The position numbers and the translations under genes are program-made. The notes under the pieces are model-generated. The model saw nothing but the letters and a program-made list of their open reading frames with translations, did no database searches and was not told the origin of the DNA. DNA of 62,873 nt, filler included, from Dirinaria sp. TL-2023a (lineage: Eukaryota), in assembly GCA_051941275.1 (NCBI GenBank). It is 5 parts of 5 records of this genome, joined end to end, with 100 filler letters (N's around TTAATTAATTAA, not from the genome) between each part and the next. Parts side by side here need not be neighbours in the genome. Positions count along the whole stretch, not along the records: positions 25,208 to 37,698 come from JAVEBF010000764.1; positions 37,799 to 50,287 come from JAVEBF010000765.1; 3 more parts are not named here. One strand, written 5' to 3'. Of this stretch, positions 25,686 to 38,071 are shown in pieces. Numbering within the stretch: position 1 is the first letter of the stretch; each line of letters opens with the position of its first letter.

Positions 25686-27110
25686 TTACTGGTGTTTCGC
25701 CGTGCTGCCCTTCGCTCGAAAAGTGCTGACGGCGGGAATATTCGCCTTGAACCGCTCCTCCTGTGTACTATACGCTCTCGGCGTGAGTTTGATGAGCGTA
25801 TGCAGGGGAACCTCCATCCAAGGCGACTGCTCCTGCGGGACATTCATGTAATACGCGTAGATGCATCTCAGGACGGCTTGGTGCGTGACGATGATGATGT
25901 TCTCGCTCCGCTCCAGCTCCATGATGATCGGTTCGAGCCGGATCACGACGTCCCTGTAGCTTTCGCCGCCGCGGTAGCGGTAGTTGTATTTGTCCTCGTC
26001 GCGGGCTTTGAAGTCCTCTGGATACCGGTGCTCGATTTCGGCGTAGGTCAGCCCGTCGCAGGATCCTGAGTCTAGTTCGTCCAAAGCTTTCCATTCTAGT
26101 TTGTTGTAGCCTTTGTCGGATTCGGCGAGGAATCGTGCCGTCTGGATTGTTCGCTTGAGGGTCGAGGTCCAGATAGTCAATTGGCGGTCGGGCTCCACGG
26201 ATTTAGCCACTAGTTCGGGCAGGGCTCTGGCATATAGTTCTCCACGCGGTGACAGATCCGCATCACCTCCAATTTTCCCCTCTAGATTGAAATTGGACTC
26301 GCCGTGCTTGACAGAGATCAGTATTCAGGGTCCACGCAGGATCTACATGACACATACCCTCGAGAGCCAGATGGACCGCGGTCTTATATGGAGGTTCATG
26401 AGGTAATAAACCACACGGCTCTGCAGATAATCTTGGATTTGGTTGATAATGACCTGGTGACCGACATCGATCAATTTCACGTACGTGAGGTCCTTCTCGT
26501 CCTCATCGATTGTCTCATACACCTTCTCATAGTTTTTTATTCGGTTGCGGAAGTCTTGAGCTGCTGCTTCGGGATCCTGGCCTTTGTAGTCGGGCGAAGT
26601 CGTCTTGACCTCCATGATGTTGCTCATGATGATGTCCTCCTTATCGCACTTGGACTCAACGTAGAGTGTATGTATGCGATTGGCTTCGCAACGCTTGGCA
26701 ACCCAGCGCCGACGGGCCTTTGTAGAATTCGTTGCATCCAGTATGGCAACAACACCCTCTCCTTTGTCAAACCACTGGATCATGTCCTTGACCGCTGCCT
26801 CCGCAGCGGCGTGTCGCAAGCGTTCGCCTTCGGCATTGCCTGTGTTGAAGAATTCCGCGGTTGGCTGTGGAGTGTCATTCCGGCGGTAGGAGCCGACGTT
26901 GAAGCATTTGGAGGGTATCGAGAGCCAGGCGAGGTAGCGGACCACTGCGCATCGAGTATCAGCCAAGGCACGACTATGAGCGCGCATCTGCGTACCTTTC
27001 TGAGCTATCAAGCTTTTCCCACGAGCAGGCAAACCGACCATGATCACGGCGATCCTGGTGTCCTCGACCTGAACGAATTTGCCGTTAGTACTTTTATGGT
27101 AAGTAGGCAT
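25686..27110 (-). CDS. FBP26: 6-phosphofructo-2-kinase/fructose-2,6-bisphosphatase
   Basis: VIMVGLPARGKS, FNVGSYRR, LDATNST, SR/HGES split by an intron (about 26356-26308), GGESYRDVVIRLEP, THQAVLRC; first intron about 26995-26945. Confidence 0.95.
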
Positions 27111-29129
27111 ATCGGTGCACAATTTTGAATCCATTTCGGCACAGATTCATGAAGGGTTCGAGCAAGGAAAGGCAACACAGTTCGAGGGAGAAGTAATTGT
27201 AATTTTGAGAGTTTCTGTTGCTCTTGACAGTGTACGACTCGGAGAGCCCAACACAGTTCTTGGGCTTTTGGGCAAACACTGCTTCGTATCAAAGTGTTCC
27301 AGCTTAACAGCCGTTGGTAATTTTTGTAGGGACGGTCGAACAACCGACGGGGCGAGCAGGAGAATCAGGAGAGCTGCAATGTTTGCTTGGGTCATCTGGC
27401 CCGGAGAATGCTGATGTCGCTTGATGACTGTTGTTGCAGTCATGGTGCGATGAATGGCAATTATTGATTATGATTATTATTGCAGGCAAGAGAGCGAAGC
27501 CATTCAACCTCGGGAATTCGATTTGACGATTTTTTAGGTTTCGACCTTTTCCGGAAAAAATTCTTCCCTCAATAATTTCCTCTTTTTGCCTCGCCGGAGC
27601 CACCCGAAGACCCGGAGGCCAAAGGGAAATGCCAAGACTCCTCTTTCAGTATCGAATATTAACCGGATGGCAAATGATGATCTTCTTCTAGCTGCTCCAA
27701 ATGACCTTCTGGAAGATGACGATACGCGCCTCCATCCCTTTCTGCGTGAGTCATGATCAAAAGTAGCGCAGTCTGACGGTTATAGTTCACTTATCGCAGT
27801 GGGAGGGATCGGCTACATGAGCGCTTCTCCACTGAATGATAACCCCCACAGGGTGCATGGTAGGCCAATCCCGAGTACCAGATATTTGCGAACGACGTAG
27901 AGTGTCGGTCAATTGAGTCGGGTTTGCTCTCAGAGCCCGGAGTCCTCTCCCGCCGAAGGAACGGCTCTAGGTAGGTAGACGCCATTGAAGGCTCGGCAAT
28001 GGAACAAGCCCGTGACAACACACCAAAGAAAAAGTGATGAAAGATTGAGATGTATTCAGAGTGGGTAGATATGAGATTGAATGGAGAACACGGAAGAAAT
28101 AGTTTCATGCTTACATTGCTCATCGAGAATGTCGCTCCCCGCCATCGTGGCATCGCGACTGGCACGCCGCTTCACCTGAACGCCGGTCGGATCAATACAG
28201 CTCTCACGACCTGGTCGATCTTGAGGCATGCAGAATTCAAGTATCGAATTGAGGCAGCGTTAAATGAAATGCAATGTGATATACAGTGCTGACAGCCTTC
28301 ATGTCGGCACACGTCCGAGTGACCAATAGCGTGGCCCCTTCCTTATCAGCGGCATCGCAAACAAAAGTAACACTCCATTGTTTAACTACCTTACATATGA
28401 CTGCATTCGGCTGCCCACTTTGACGGTCCTATGTATCTTACAATTCTAATATTCAACTTCGGCTTTGCTTCTTCCTCCCAAGTTCTGCTACGGTAAAGCC
28501 ATACCCATCTGGTTCTGCTTTCAAGGCCGAGATCCTCCGCCGCTAGGACGAAGCGTCTGCATGAGCCCCATTCCCTCTAAATCTGCTCGAACCTTCAAGT
28601 AGCTACCCATCTTAACAGAAGTAGCAGTGGAAGTCATTAGAATTCGAGCTAAGCTCTTTGGTTTCACGTCCAACGCTGGCCTGAAGGGACGTCTCCCACT
28701 TGTGATACTTCATCAGGTTAAGGTTCACCCTTGAGGCTCAGAGTCATGGGGATTATCCACATCCGTAATGCTTGAGAAGCGTCGCACGATACTCGTTACA
28801 CAACGATATTCAAATCTATGAGGCCTGCGTCAGCTTGAATCGAGCACTGACATTTGAGAAAGGGGTCAGAAACAGAGGCATTTCAGACAGCAGTTGTACA
28901 AAAACCAGCGTCCACATATAGGTTCGGAACAGGTCTGTGAATGTGATTTATGCTTCATCATGGAAGAGGGAAACCTACAAGAAAGCAAGGAAAGGACTGA
29001 CCTGCTCCAAAAGTCGGGAAGGTGGAGGTAGCTTTGGCGGTCTAAACGAGGATATTATTGTCCGTGCCATGTGGAAACATGATCCAGTTGAAAGTGTCTT
29101 CTGTGACATTGCCAGTCCAAAATCGAATC

Positions 29130-30069
29130 TCATCCAACCTTGTTCTTTTTGTTGAAAAATGACTCGATCTTTTTCTGGCCTTCGTCATGCTTCCCACTGC
29201 CTACGCCTCTTGTTCGCTTTAGCCCTTGCAGGTGCTCTTTACCATTGACCGCTTTGATAATCATTCTCAAGCCTGCCATCGGAGTCAAGACATCAGCCTC
29301 TGCCGGCGCATTATCCCCCGTTTCTGACTCACGGACTGATGGTGCCTTGCTGGACACTACGGGCTGGATGTCCAACTCAAGATAGCCTGTATTTGACCAT
29401 CCGCCCAGATATTCCAAAGGAGTGCTACTGCCGGCAGCTCCCACGGAGAGACCAGGGGCCAGAGCGACAGTTCGTTGAGCGAACAGTTTAAGGATGCTGC
29501 GCCATAGATAGTTAAGCATGATGCCATGAGAAACCACTGCGACGGTGTATTCCGTCGACCCGTTATCCTTGCAGATAAGTGGCAGCAGATGCTCGTGGGT
29601 AAACACGTTTGCTCTTGACATCAGAGACTCCTTTGATTCCAGGTCTTGAAAGCCAGGCTCTTCATTGTGTTGGGCGCGGTGTTCTTCCTTTCCAGACTTG
29701 TTTGAGCCGCTGGGACGGGCGTAGAAAGGTTTGCCCTCGTAGAAGCCAAAATCTTGCTCCCTTAGGAGTTTGAGCTGTTTGACCAGCAGCTTCTTGTCCG
29801 GCCTGCTGACTTGAGTCGCACTTATGGCGTCCGCAGTCTTGTGGGCTCGTTGGAGGTCTGATGAGAACAGGTGGGTAAAGCGCAGACCACGCTTTGTCAG
29901 ATACTGCCCGAGTCGCTCGGCTTGGAGGACACCGTGGTTGGTGAGGGCGGAGTCACGCGTACCAGCACTACAATCGTCAATAGATGCAGGAGTCGAGGAC
30001 AGGAAATCCTCACTATAGCTGCGCGACATTGTCGACCGTCTCTCCATGGCGGATTAGGAAAAGCTTCAT
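29130..30069 (-). CDS. Histidine phosphatase / phosphoglycerate mutase family protein (TIGAR-like)
   Basis: MKLFLIRHGETVDN, intron, then SALTNHG, FSSDLQRA, LREQDFGFYEG, VVSHG, WSNTG. Confidence 0.9.
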
Positions 30070-30532
30070 AGCATAGAGCGCCTCCTCCGGCCAGAGAGAA
30101 CCAGATGGCCGGCTTGCTTCCACATCCAAAGGGTTGGTTCGAGGAATCGAGGGATTACTTGACGGAATTTGATCCCGGTTGTGCCGGCGAAAGTACGCTA
30201 GGCTGTCCTTCACGAAAGACCGCAGTCCCTAGGTACATGTGAGCGAACTACCACTACTTTGCCCATAAATCCTTGCACATCATATTCCCGGGAGGTGGAG
30301 TACTATAATCTAGTATAACGCGGTTTGAAGGAGATACCATAGATCCGGAGTGTAATCACAATGGTTTAGCATATATCATAGATCCCGATGGGAGCCTGGC
30401 ATATGGGAGTAAGCGAGGCTACAGCACAGCCACAAAGCGAGAATTCTATCAATCTGCCTTCCGGCTCTCAGATTCCAGAAGCGACAAATATCATAAAGCA
30501 AGCACGCGAGAGATGAACGCGCATGCTGTGTG

Positions 30533-31663
30533 ATGGATTTGTTCAAGCAATTTTTGGACCAGAGAAGCCCCTTTTGTGAGGACCAGTTTTCCGGGAATTA
30601 CTCCGCATCCAAGATATATACAAGTATGCCGATGAGAGAAAGATCGATGAAGCGGCCACTTTCTAATCCAAGCTTCATGACAGAGAAGCGCCGGCCAGGT
30701 GCCATGAGACTTGAGAGCGACGTCTCGTCATGCGGGAGTGCAACCACTCAATCCTCTGCATCCTCTTTGAAAAAGCCCGAAGCGATCTCCCACGGTCGTA
30801 AGTACTTTACGCCCAATGCTCTCCTCCAAGGCACTTCCCGATGCCTCGAGAGCCTACGATTGCGGGTACAAGAATGGCGTAAAGCCCGCAAAAATTCAGC
30901 CCAAGCCACGCCAGAAGCTGCAGCTAGAGCCCGATCGTATGAAATCGACGCTAGCCTCAAAGCATCCGCTGCAGGAATGGAGCAAAACCCTACTATCCTC
31001 GTTCTTGGCGATTGCGACACAACTCGCGAATTCATGACTCAGCTGCAGCGCAGTCCGCAATGCATTCCGGCGCCGCAGACCTCAGGATCCGACCCGCACG
31101 ACGGAGACTACCCCAGAAGACTGAAATGGGCGCACTTGATGGGTAGTAGCAGTTCTGACATCAAGAATGAAAGAGAGAAGTTCCATCTTCATATACATAG
31201 GCCTGGAAGCGGGATTCATGAGCGGAAATTGAGCAGGACTGGAAGGTATTCGAGTATGACCGCCGTGGTATTCGTGGCCGATATCAGTTCGTACGATGAA
31301 ACATCCGTTTTTGACGAGAGCTGCAATAGGATTACGACCTCGCTCATCTGGTGGGATAGTGTGGTCAATACAAGGTGTTTCGACTTCGAGAGGACTATGC
31401 CATTCATCCTTTGCTTTTTGGGCGTTGACGATTTTAGACGCAAGCTGAAGGAAAAACCGTTCTCCAGATATTTCCGCGACTTTCGGGGCAAGGACGAGCA
31501 AGAAGCCCTCGACTATATCCTTGCTCGTTTTAGCAATGTGGAAAGAGTGCCCAGAACGGTCTATGCGTTAATGATTGAGAATGGAAATGAGAATGAGGTC
31601 GTCGCAAAGAATTTGGTAGCTGTCGTGAAGCTGATTGACAAGAAAATGAAATATAGAGTTTAG
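30533..31663 (+). CDS. Highly divergent G-protein alpha subunit-like protein (probable pseudo-GTPase)
   Basis: C-terminal half aligns by eye to G-alpha: TAVVFVADISSYDE...NRITTSLIWWDSVVNTRCF...PFILCF..VDDFRRKL...FSRYFRDFRG...ALDYILARF; single exon. Confidence 0.75.
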   Translation: MDLFKQFLDQRSPFCEDQFSGNYSASKIYTSMPMRERSMKRPLSNPSFMTEKRRPGAMRLESDVSSCGSATTQSSASSLKKPEAISHGRKYFTPNALLQGTSRCLESLRLRVQEWRKARKNSAQATPEAAARARSYEIDASLKASAAGMEQNPTILVLGDCDTTREFMTQLQRSPQCIPAPQTSGSDPHDGDYPRRLKWAHLMGSSSSDIKNEREKFHLHIHRPGSGIHERKLSRTGRYSSMTAVVFVADISSYDETSVFDESCNRITTSLIWWDSVVNTRCFDFERTMPFILCFLGVDDFRRKLKEKPFSRYFRDFRGKDEQEALDYILARFSNVERVPRTVYALMIENGNENEVVAKNLVAVVKLIDKKMKYRV

Positions 31664-31714
31664 ATCTGCCAGCTTACGGAACGCCGCGCTTATTATACGA
31701 AAAGGCAGAGCCAT

Positions 31715-34588
31715 TCAAAGGCCAGCCGCAAGTAGAAGTCCATAGCCCACGCTGATGACAACGGCAAAGGTGATAATGCTGGATGGGATACCACGAGTGA
31801 GGAAATGCTGGACTCGAAGGTATCGATGCCCAGTCTCGCTTTCCATCATAATGGCCGCTGTAATAAGTATAAGCATTTTCTACGTGGTTCAGACTGAACG
31901 GAAAATGCTTACTCATGTTCGGAAAGCCGCTTGTTGGAAGGCCCTGAAAATATTTCGTCAGTAGGACGTTGAGCTATGAAGAAGAGAAAAACTTACCATC
32001 GCAGCGGAACACATGAGGGCACTTCCCATGACCAATAGATTTGGATGCGGCTCTTCCATGCCCTGGCCCACCTGTTGCACTAAAGGGAGGATGATCAACG
32101 CAGCAACCGTATGGCTGATGAATGTCGCAACCACTAAGATCAACGCTGTGAACACCACTAGCACACCATACAAACTCATGCCCCCAACCCTTTCCGTGAT
32201 TCCACCGGCGATTGTATCCAATAGGCCTGAAGAGGAAACGGCTTTGCCGAGCGACAGGCCACCGGCAGCGAGGATAATGATTGTCCATAGGAAATTATTG
32301 AAATCTTCCTTGGTGAGGATACCCGTACCAAAGAAGAGCACGATAGGGATGATGGCAACAACGCCCATATCACCAAATACCTCTTCGAGCTGATGCGTTA
32401 CGCACCAAAGTACAATAGTAACAATAGTCACCACGCTGATAAACCATTGGACGCCTGTAAATCGGTCTTTCATTGGCCGAATCGGGACAATCGTGGTGCC
32501 TTTACCGGGTTGGAACGTCACGAGCAGAAGAAGCCATATCAATACAATGGAGATAATGCAGACAGGCAGAGCGACCAGGAACCAGATGCCCCAGCTTGGC
32601 TCCGGACGCATGTTCTGCAATGCGATAATGTTTTGGGGCGAGGCAATAGGGGAAGCGGCGCCGCCAATATTGGAGGCGAGAGCGATACCAAGGATCAGTG
32701 CTTTGGAAAAGTTGGAGTCGGCAGGGAGATTACGGAGGATCGGCTTGAAAGTTGAATGAGCATGTTGCCAATCGAGGTAAAGAGGGTTCGGCTTACTTGG
32801 ATGATAGAAAAGCAGAGAACAGGAGAGGCAACATTGCTGATCCACATGCTTGTCACCAGGGCAACAAACATATTCGTGATCAGGACGGTGCGTGGTCGTG
32901 TGCCAGCTTTGCTTAGCACAAATGTCGCCATAAGCTTCGCGATGGAGTACTTGGACAAGGCGGCTGCGATAGTAAAACCACCTAGCAACAGCATAATGAC
33001 CGGTGTCCACATCGCTGAGAAGACATATTTAGTCGCGCTCTTCGTGTCCAACCGACGATGCGTATCATCGGATCGGACGACCTGCAGTATCACAGCCAGG
33101 AACGGCACAAGCAAAGCAGTCACAAATAGTGGTATTACCTAGACCGCGTCAGCATGGACGAGTAAGCTCTACAGTAGGATTTGCTTACTTCTGTTGCCCA
33201 CATCAGGCTGACGAAGATGACCAGCGCCAGACAATTCTGCTGCACCTGCTCTTCCATGATAGGTACCACTAAGAGTACGATGAAAATGGCAAGGATGACG
33301 ACCAGGGTGAAGAAGGTGGAGCTGAACAGCCATCGAGGACATTTGACTCTGCCGACGGGTGTCACCAATTCTTTCGATTCCATCTCGTCTGGTTCGTCAC
33401 CCTGCAGCCGTGCTTTGGAAGGATCGTGGTCGCCCCCAAGTAAAGTTCTTCGTATGCCCATATTCGCAGCCTGTGCTTTCCGCTCGACTCCGATCATTTC
33501 TCGCCAGACTGTGTTGCGTTCCCAGACAACGTGCTCCCGAAGATGTAATCGCAACTCTCGTTTGGCAGCGTTGACGTCGTCCTTCGTGACTACATGAGCA
33601 TAGGATTGTTCGATTTTGGAAATGTTGTCGTCCAGATGTTGCATGGTCGACTGCCGAAAAGGGTAAGCGGGATTGACGCTGCTCTTGATATAGACACTTT
33701 TCAGACTCCGGTTAAGCGTTTTATCATACTTTTTACACGCTTTGGAAAACCCAGTCTTGTTTAATTGTATGAACGATTTGAGTTCGCAGAGGGAAACGTA
33801 GAGGCTAATTGTCCGCTTTTTCAAAGTCATTCCTGAAGCGGCCAATGACGCAAGGTTTTGCTCACTGTCCTCCATTGCCTGACTTGGCCTCCTTTTCGAT
33901 GACGGCCACTCCCTCGAACTGCGAAGGTCCTCTACACTACGTTCAGCGTTCGCAGCGTTCGCATCGAAGGTCTTTCTCCTCTCCTTGATCGATCCACTTT
34001 TAGTCAATGGAGCTATTTCGTCCCCATCACCATCACTGTCCCCATCTTCGTCTCCCTCATCTATGGAGGGACTCAGGGTACTGGGCCGACGTTTCCGCCC
34101 ACCCAGTCCAGCGAAACCGAGACTTTGAAACATGCTGCCATGCCTTGGCCTCTGACCTCTGATATAGCCTCGCTCCGTTGCGCCATCGAATTGGTCCAGG
34201 TCCATGTTCTCCGCTTGCTCTCCGTACTGCTCTCCGTCCTGTAACAGTTCTGTGACCTCTCCATATATCTCCAGCTCTTTCACTTCGTAAAAGGAGCATA
34301 TCTTCTCAAGCTCGGTGTCGAGGGCTCGACGGAAGACTACATCGGGATTCTCATCCTGATCCAGCAGCGGCGATACCTCCGCATCCTGGCCACCTCCACT
34401 CTGATTGATGTGTTTCTCGAGCTGGTATATCCTAGAAAAAAGCTTATCAGTTTGCAATAATGGATGAAAGACAACATTTTTGCGGCATCTTCCGTAGGCA
34501 CGCACAATTTCTTCAAATTGCTGTAATTGATGTAATGGCTGCTCCAATCGGGCACGGCATTGAACTGGATACTGTGCGAGAATTTCAT
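31715..34588 (-). CDS. PHO91: SPX-domain low-affinity phosphate transporter (Pho87/Pho90/Pho91 family)
   Basis: MKFSHSIQFNAVPDWSSHYINYSNLKK SPX start, LNKTGFSKACKKYDK, HVVWERNTVWREMIG, SMWISNVASP, ASPIASPQN, LPTSGFPNM; ends GYGLLLAAGL-stop at 31715; multiple introns. Confidence 0.93.
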
Positions 34589-35154
34589 GGCTGCCTTTTG
34601 CTACGTAGGGTAGATAGAGCTTCGGTTTCTCACGCCGATTGCCTTGGTGTATGAGGTTTCTGCAGCTTTATGGTCTTGAACTCGAGGATTGAGAATGGGA
34701 AAAGGTACATATATAAGGTCATGTCACCGGACGTCGCATGTTCGAGTAGGTAGCTCGAGTTATTTCTCAGTGATGTTCAGATGATGGTAGTGGGACAACG
34801 TGCATTGCCTCAGGCGCTGATTGGCTGTCTGGGCGTTTGTCGGCCCGAAAAAATGCATGTGATTTTGGCTTTGCTGATCAGGGCTCAGATAGGGCTGCAA
34901 TTCCCCTCGAAATCTTCGCGCCAATTGTTCGAAATCTGTGTGTGCAAAGCCCAGTCAAATCAGGTCACTCGATGCTATTGAAGTGGCTCAGATGCCTTTA
35001 TCCCTGCTGCACGAAAGTAATTTGCGAAGATGCGCTGATCTTTCCCAACCTTTGTTGCCTTGGGATATAAACCTTTCCTGTCCTCTGAACCAATACTCTC
35101 ATGATTGATGGTTTATTGAATTGACAGGAAAGGACTGGCATTGGAATCGTAGAA

Positions 35155-37698
35155 ATGGACGAGGTTCAAAATGAAAGGTATCGCGTTCTGCTGGTTGGAT
35201 CCGGGGGCAGAGAGCACGGTAAGGTTTCTGCTTCATTTGTCAATCAGCATTCTCCAATGATATCTCCATCCCTTGTTACTGTCTCCTACTTTTTTTGTAG
35301 AAGGCCTTGGCACCAGCTAAGGCATGCATGCCAGCTATTGCTTGGAAATTAGCCCAGTCACCTCAACTTGAGGCAGTCTACGCATCTCCAGGAAATCCAG
35401 GCATTGCACAAATAGCAAAGACACAGATCGTACCACCCAGCGAAGTCCCTCCAGACGACTTTTCTGCGCTTGTGAGATTCGCCAAAGAGAGGTCCATCAA
35501 CCTGGTGGTTGTCGGTCCAGAAGTGCCAATATGTCGGGGTATCTCAGATTATTTTCGTGCGGCCGGGATCAGATGCTTTGCTCCGAGTCTGCGCGCCAGT
35601 TCTTTGGAGGCGTCCAAGGCGTTCGCGAAGTCTTTCATGATCAGAAACTCCATTCCGACGGCAAAGTTCCAGACACACAATGATTACAAAAATGGAAAAA
35701 GGTGCCTCGACGAGGTCAACTACCCCGTCGTTCTGAAAGCGAGTGGGCTCGCTGCTGGAAAGGGAGTCCTTTTGCCATCCACTAATGAGGAAGCTCATGC
35801 CGGGCTTAAAGCGATAATGGTGGACAAGGAGTTTGGTGCATCTGGCGACGAAGTGGTGATAGAGCAGCGCCTTACTGGCAATGAACTATCTATTATTAGT
35901 TTTTGTGACGCCTATACAATTAAGAGCTTTCCACCCGCACAAGATCACAAGCAAATTGGGGATTTCGGTACGAGATCCCATTTGACAGCTATACTGTAAA
36001 TACTCATGATGGTCCAGACCAAGGTCCCAATACAGGGGGAATGGGGGTTTATTCGCCACCGCCTGTATCCCTCGTTTCTGATGCTCTCCTCACCAAAATA
36101 CACCAAACAATACTGCAACCGACTATCGATGCTCTTAGGGCGGATCATATCCCTTTTTGTGGCTGGTTGTTCACCGGATTAATGCTCGGTGACGATGGGG
36201 AAGTCAATGTACTCGAATATAATGTGAGGGGTAAGCAGGCCGACCAGATTCTCACTGAGTGGCGCTGATTGCTTTTTCCAAACAACAGGCGGGGACCCTG
36301 AGATTCAAACTCTTCTCCCATTAATGGAGTCTGATCTTTTAGAGGTAATGGTTGCATGCACTGATAACTACCTTGATACTGTTGAAGTGCGATGCAAAAA
36401 CGAGACCGCAGTTACTGTAATAGCTGCGGCGGCAGGTTATCCTGGCCCTCCTGCTAAAGGCGATGAGATATCAATTGAACTGAATGGTAAGTTTGGACAA
36501 TACCCTTCATTCGGCTCTGAAACAAGTTTATCGATTGAATCGAAGTCCGTCAGTTTCAGGAACATTTTTCATTTCGCGTGAGGAAAAGCTTTTCTATTCC
36601 TTCATGCACTGGGCCAGATTTACGTGCTGATAACCGAACTAGTTACAGATGGTGACCACGACCATATCTTCCATGCTGGCACAGCTCGGGATGCCGAAGG
36701 AAAACTCGTCACTGCCGGCGGTAGGGTGCTTGCAGCCACAAGCGTGGGCAAGACCCTCGAAGACGCGCTGAAATCTGCATACACGACCATGAGCTCAATA
36801 AAATTCAAAGGCATGCAGTATCGATCCGACATTGGCCACAAAGCTCTGGCGCACATGAAACGAGCCAAAGAAGCCAAGAACGAACCCTCTACATACGCCA
36901 ACGCTGGCGTCGACATTCAAGCTGGAAACACGCTCGTCAAACGCATTGCAGAGTATGTCCAGTCTACAGCTCGCCCAGGAGCATCACCCGAGCTTGGGGG
37001 TTTTGGCGGCATGTTCGATCTCCACGATGCAGGCTACCCTTCAGCGCCTACGCTAGTCGTAGGCTCTGATGGAGTGGGCACCAAACTCTTGATTGCGCAG
37101 GCGATGGGCAAGCACGACACGATAGGGCAGGATCTAGCCGCGATGAATCTCAACGACTTGATCTGCCAAGGTGCAGAGGTACGTAGATACCCTGCCTCTG
37201 CTTCTCGTTCTTCCGACTTCGCCACTAACCCGTAGCAAAAAATATCAGCCGTTGCTCATGACAGATATCTACAGCTGCGGCAGACTCGACATCGACGTCG
37301 CAGCGAGCGTGATCCGTGGAATCAGCAAAGCATGCAAAGAAGCAGGGTGCGCCTTGGTCGGCGGCGAAACGGCCGAGATCCGCGGCATCATCCCCCAAGG
37401 CGTGTACGATGTCTGCGGGACCGCGATCGGCGCGATCCGCAAGGGCGACAGGATATTGCCCTTGAAAGATGAGATGGAGGCGGGGGATGTATTGATCGGC
37501 TTGGCGTCCAGTGGATGCCACAGTAATGGCTTCAGCCTGATCCGGAAAATCATCGAGAAAGCGGGCTTGAAGTACCACGATCCAGCTCCGTGGGAGGAGG
37601 AGGGCAAGTCCGTCGGAGAAAGTCTTCTGGAGCCGACACGGATTTACGTCAAAGCTGTGCTCTCGCTCGTTACCAAAGGTCTTATCAAAGGTAAATAT
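35155..37698 (+). CDS. ADE5,7: Bifunctional phosphoribosylamine-glycine ligase / AIR synthase, 3'-truncated at contig end
   Basis: [57 protein letters not shown], then [46 protein letters not shown]. Confidence 0.96.
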
Positions 37699-37798
37699 NN
37701 NNNNNNNNNNNNNNNNNNNNNNNNNNNNNNNNNNNNNNNNNNTTAATTAATTAANNNNNNNNNNNNNNNNNNNNNNNNNNNNNNNNNNNNNNNNNNNN
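37699..37798. other. Artificial contig linker
   Basis: Same N44-TTAATTAATTAA-N44. Confidence 0.99.
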
Positions 37799-38071
37799 CT
37801 TACTAAGCAAATTAATAAGCAAATTAGTAAGCAAGTTCGTAAGCATTAGCTTAGTAATACTTCTTTTAACACTGTGTTGTTCGTTTTTTATGTATTATCG
37901 CTGGAACGTTCACAAACTTATAAGCTTACTAATAAAATTAGAAATCAAATCATAAAATTGATTTTAAATTCTGAAAATCATAATCGATTTTGAATATAAG
38001 AAATCAGAAATTGATTTTGCAAATTTTCGAAAATCGATTTTAAAATTGATTTCTGAATATTCGTTACTATA
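37799..38071. repeat. AT-rich mutated repeat/transposon-end relic
   Basis: Very AT-rich, almost no CC/GG; 12-bp tandem TAAGCAAATTAR at 37805-37850; recurring AAATCGATTTT/AAATTGATTTT motifs; abrupt return to normal composition at about 38072. Confidence 0.5.

Noticed and set aside
27791..28292. ORFs between FBP26 and the histidine phosphatase
   Set aside because: No recognisable motif, splice structure or codon bias; probably promoter/UTR.
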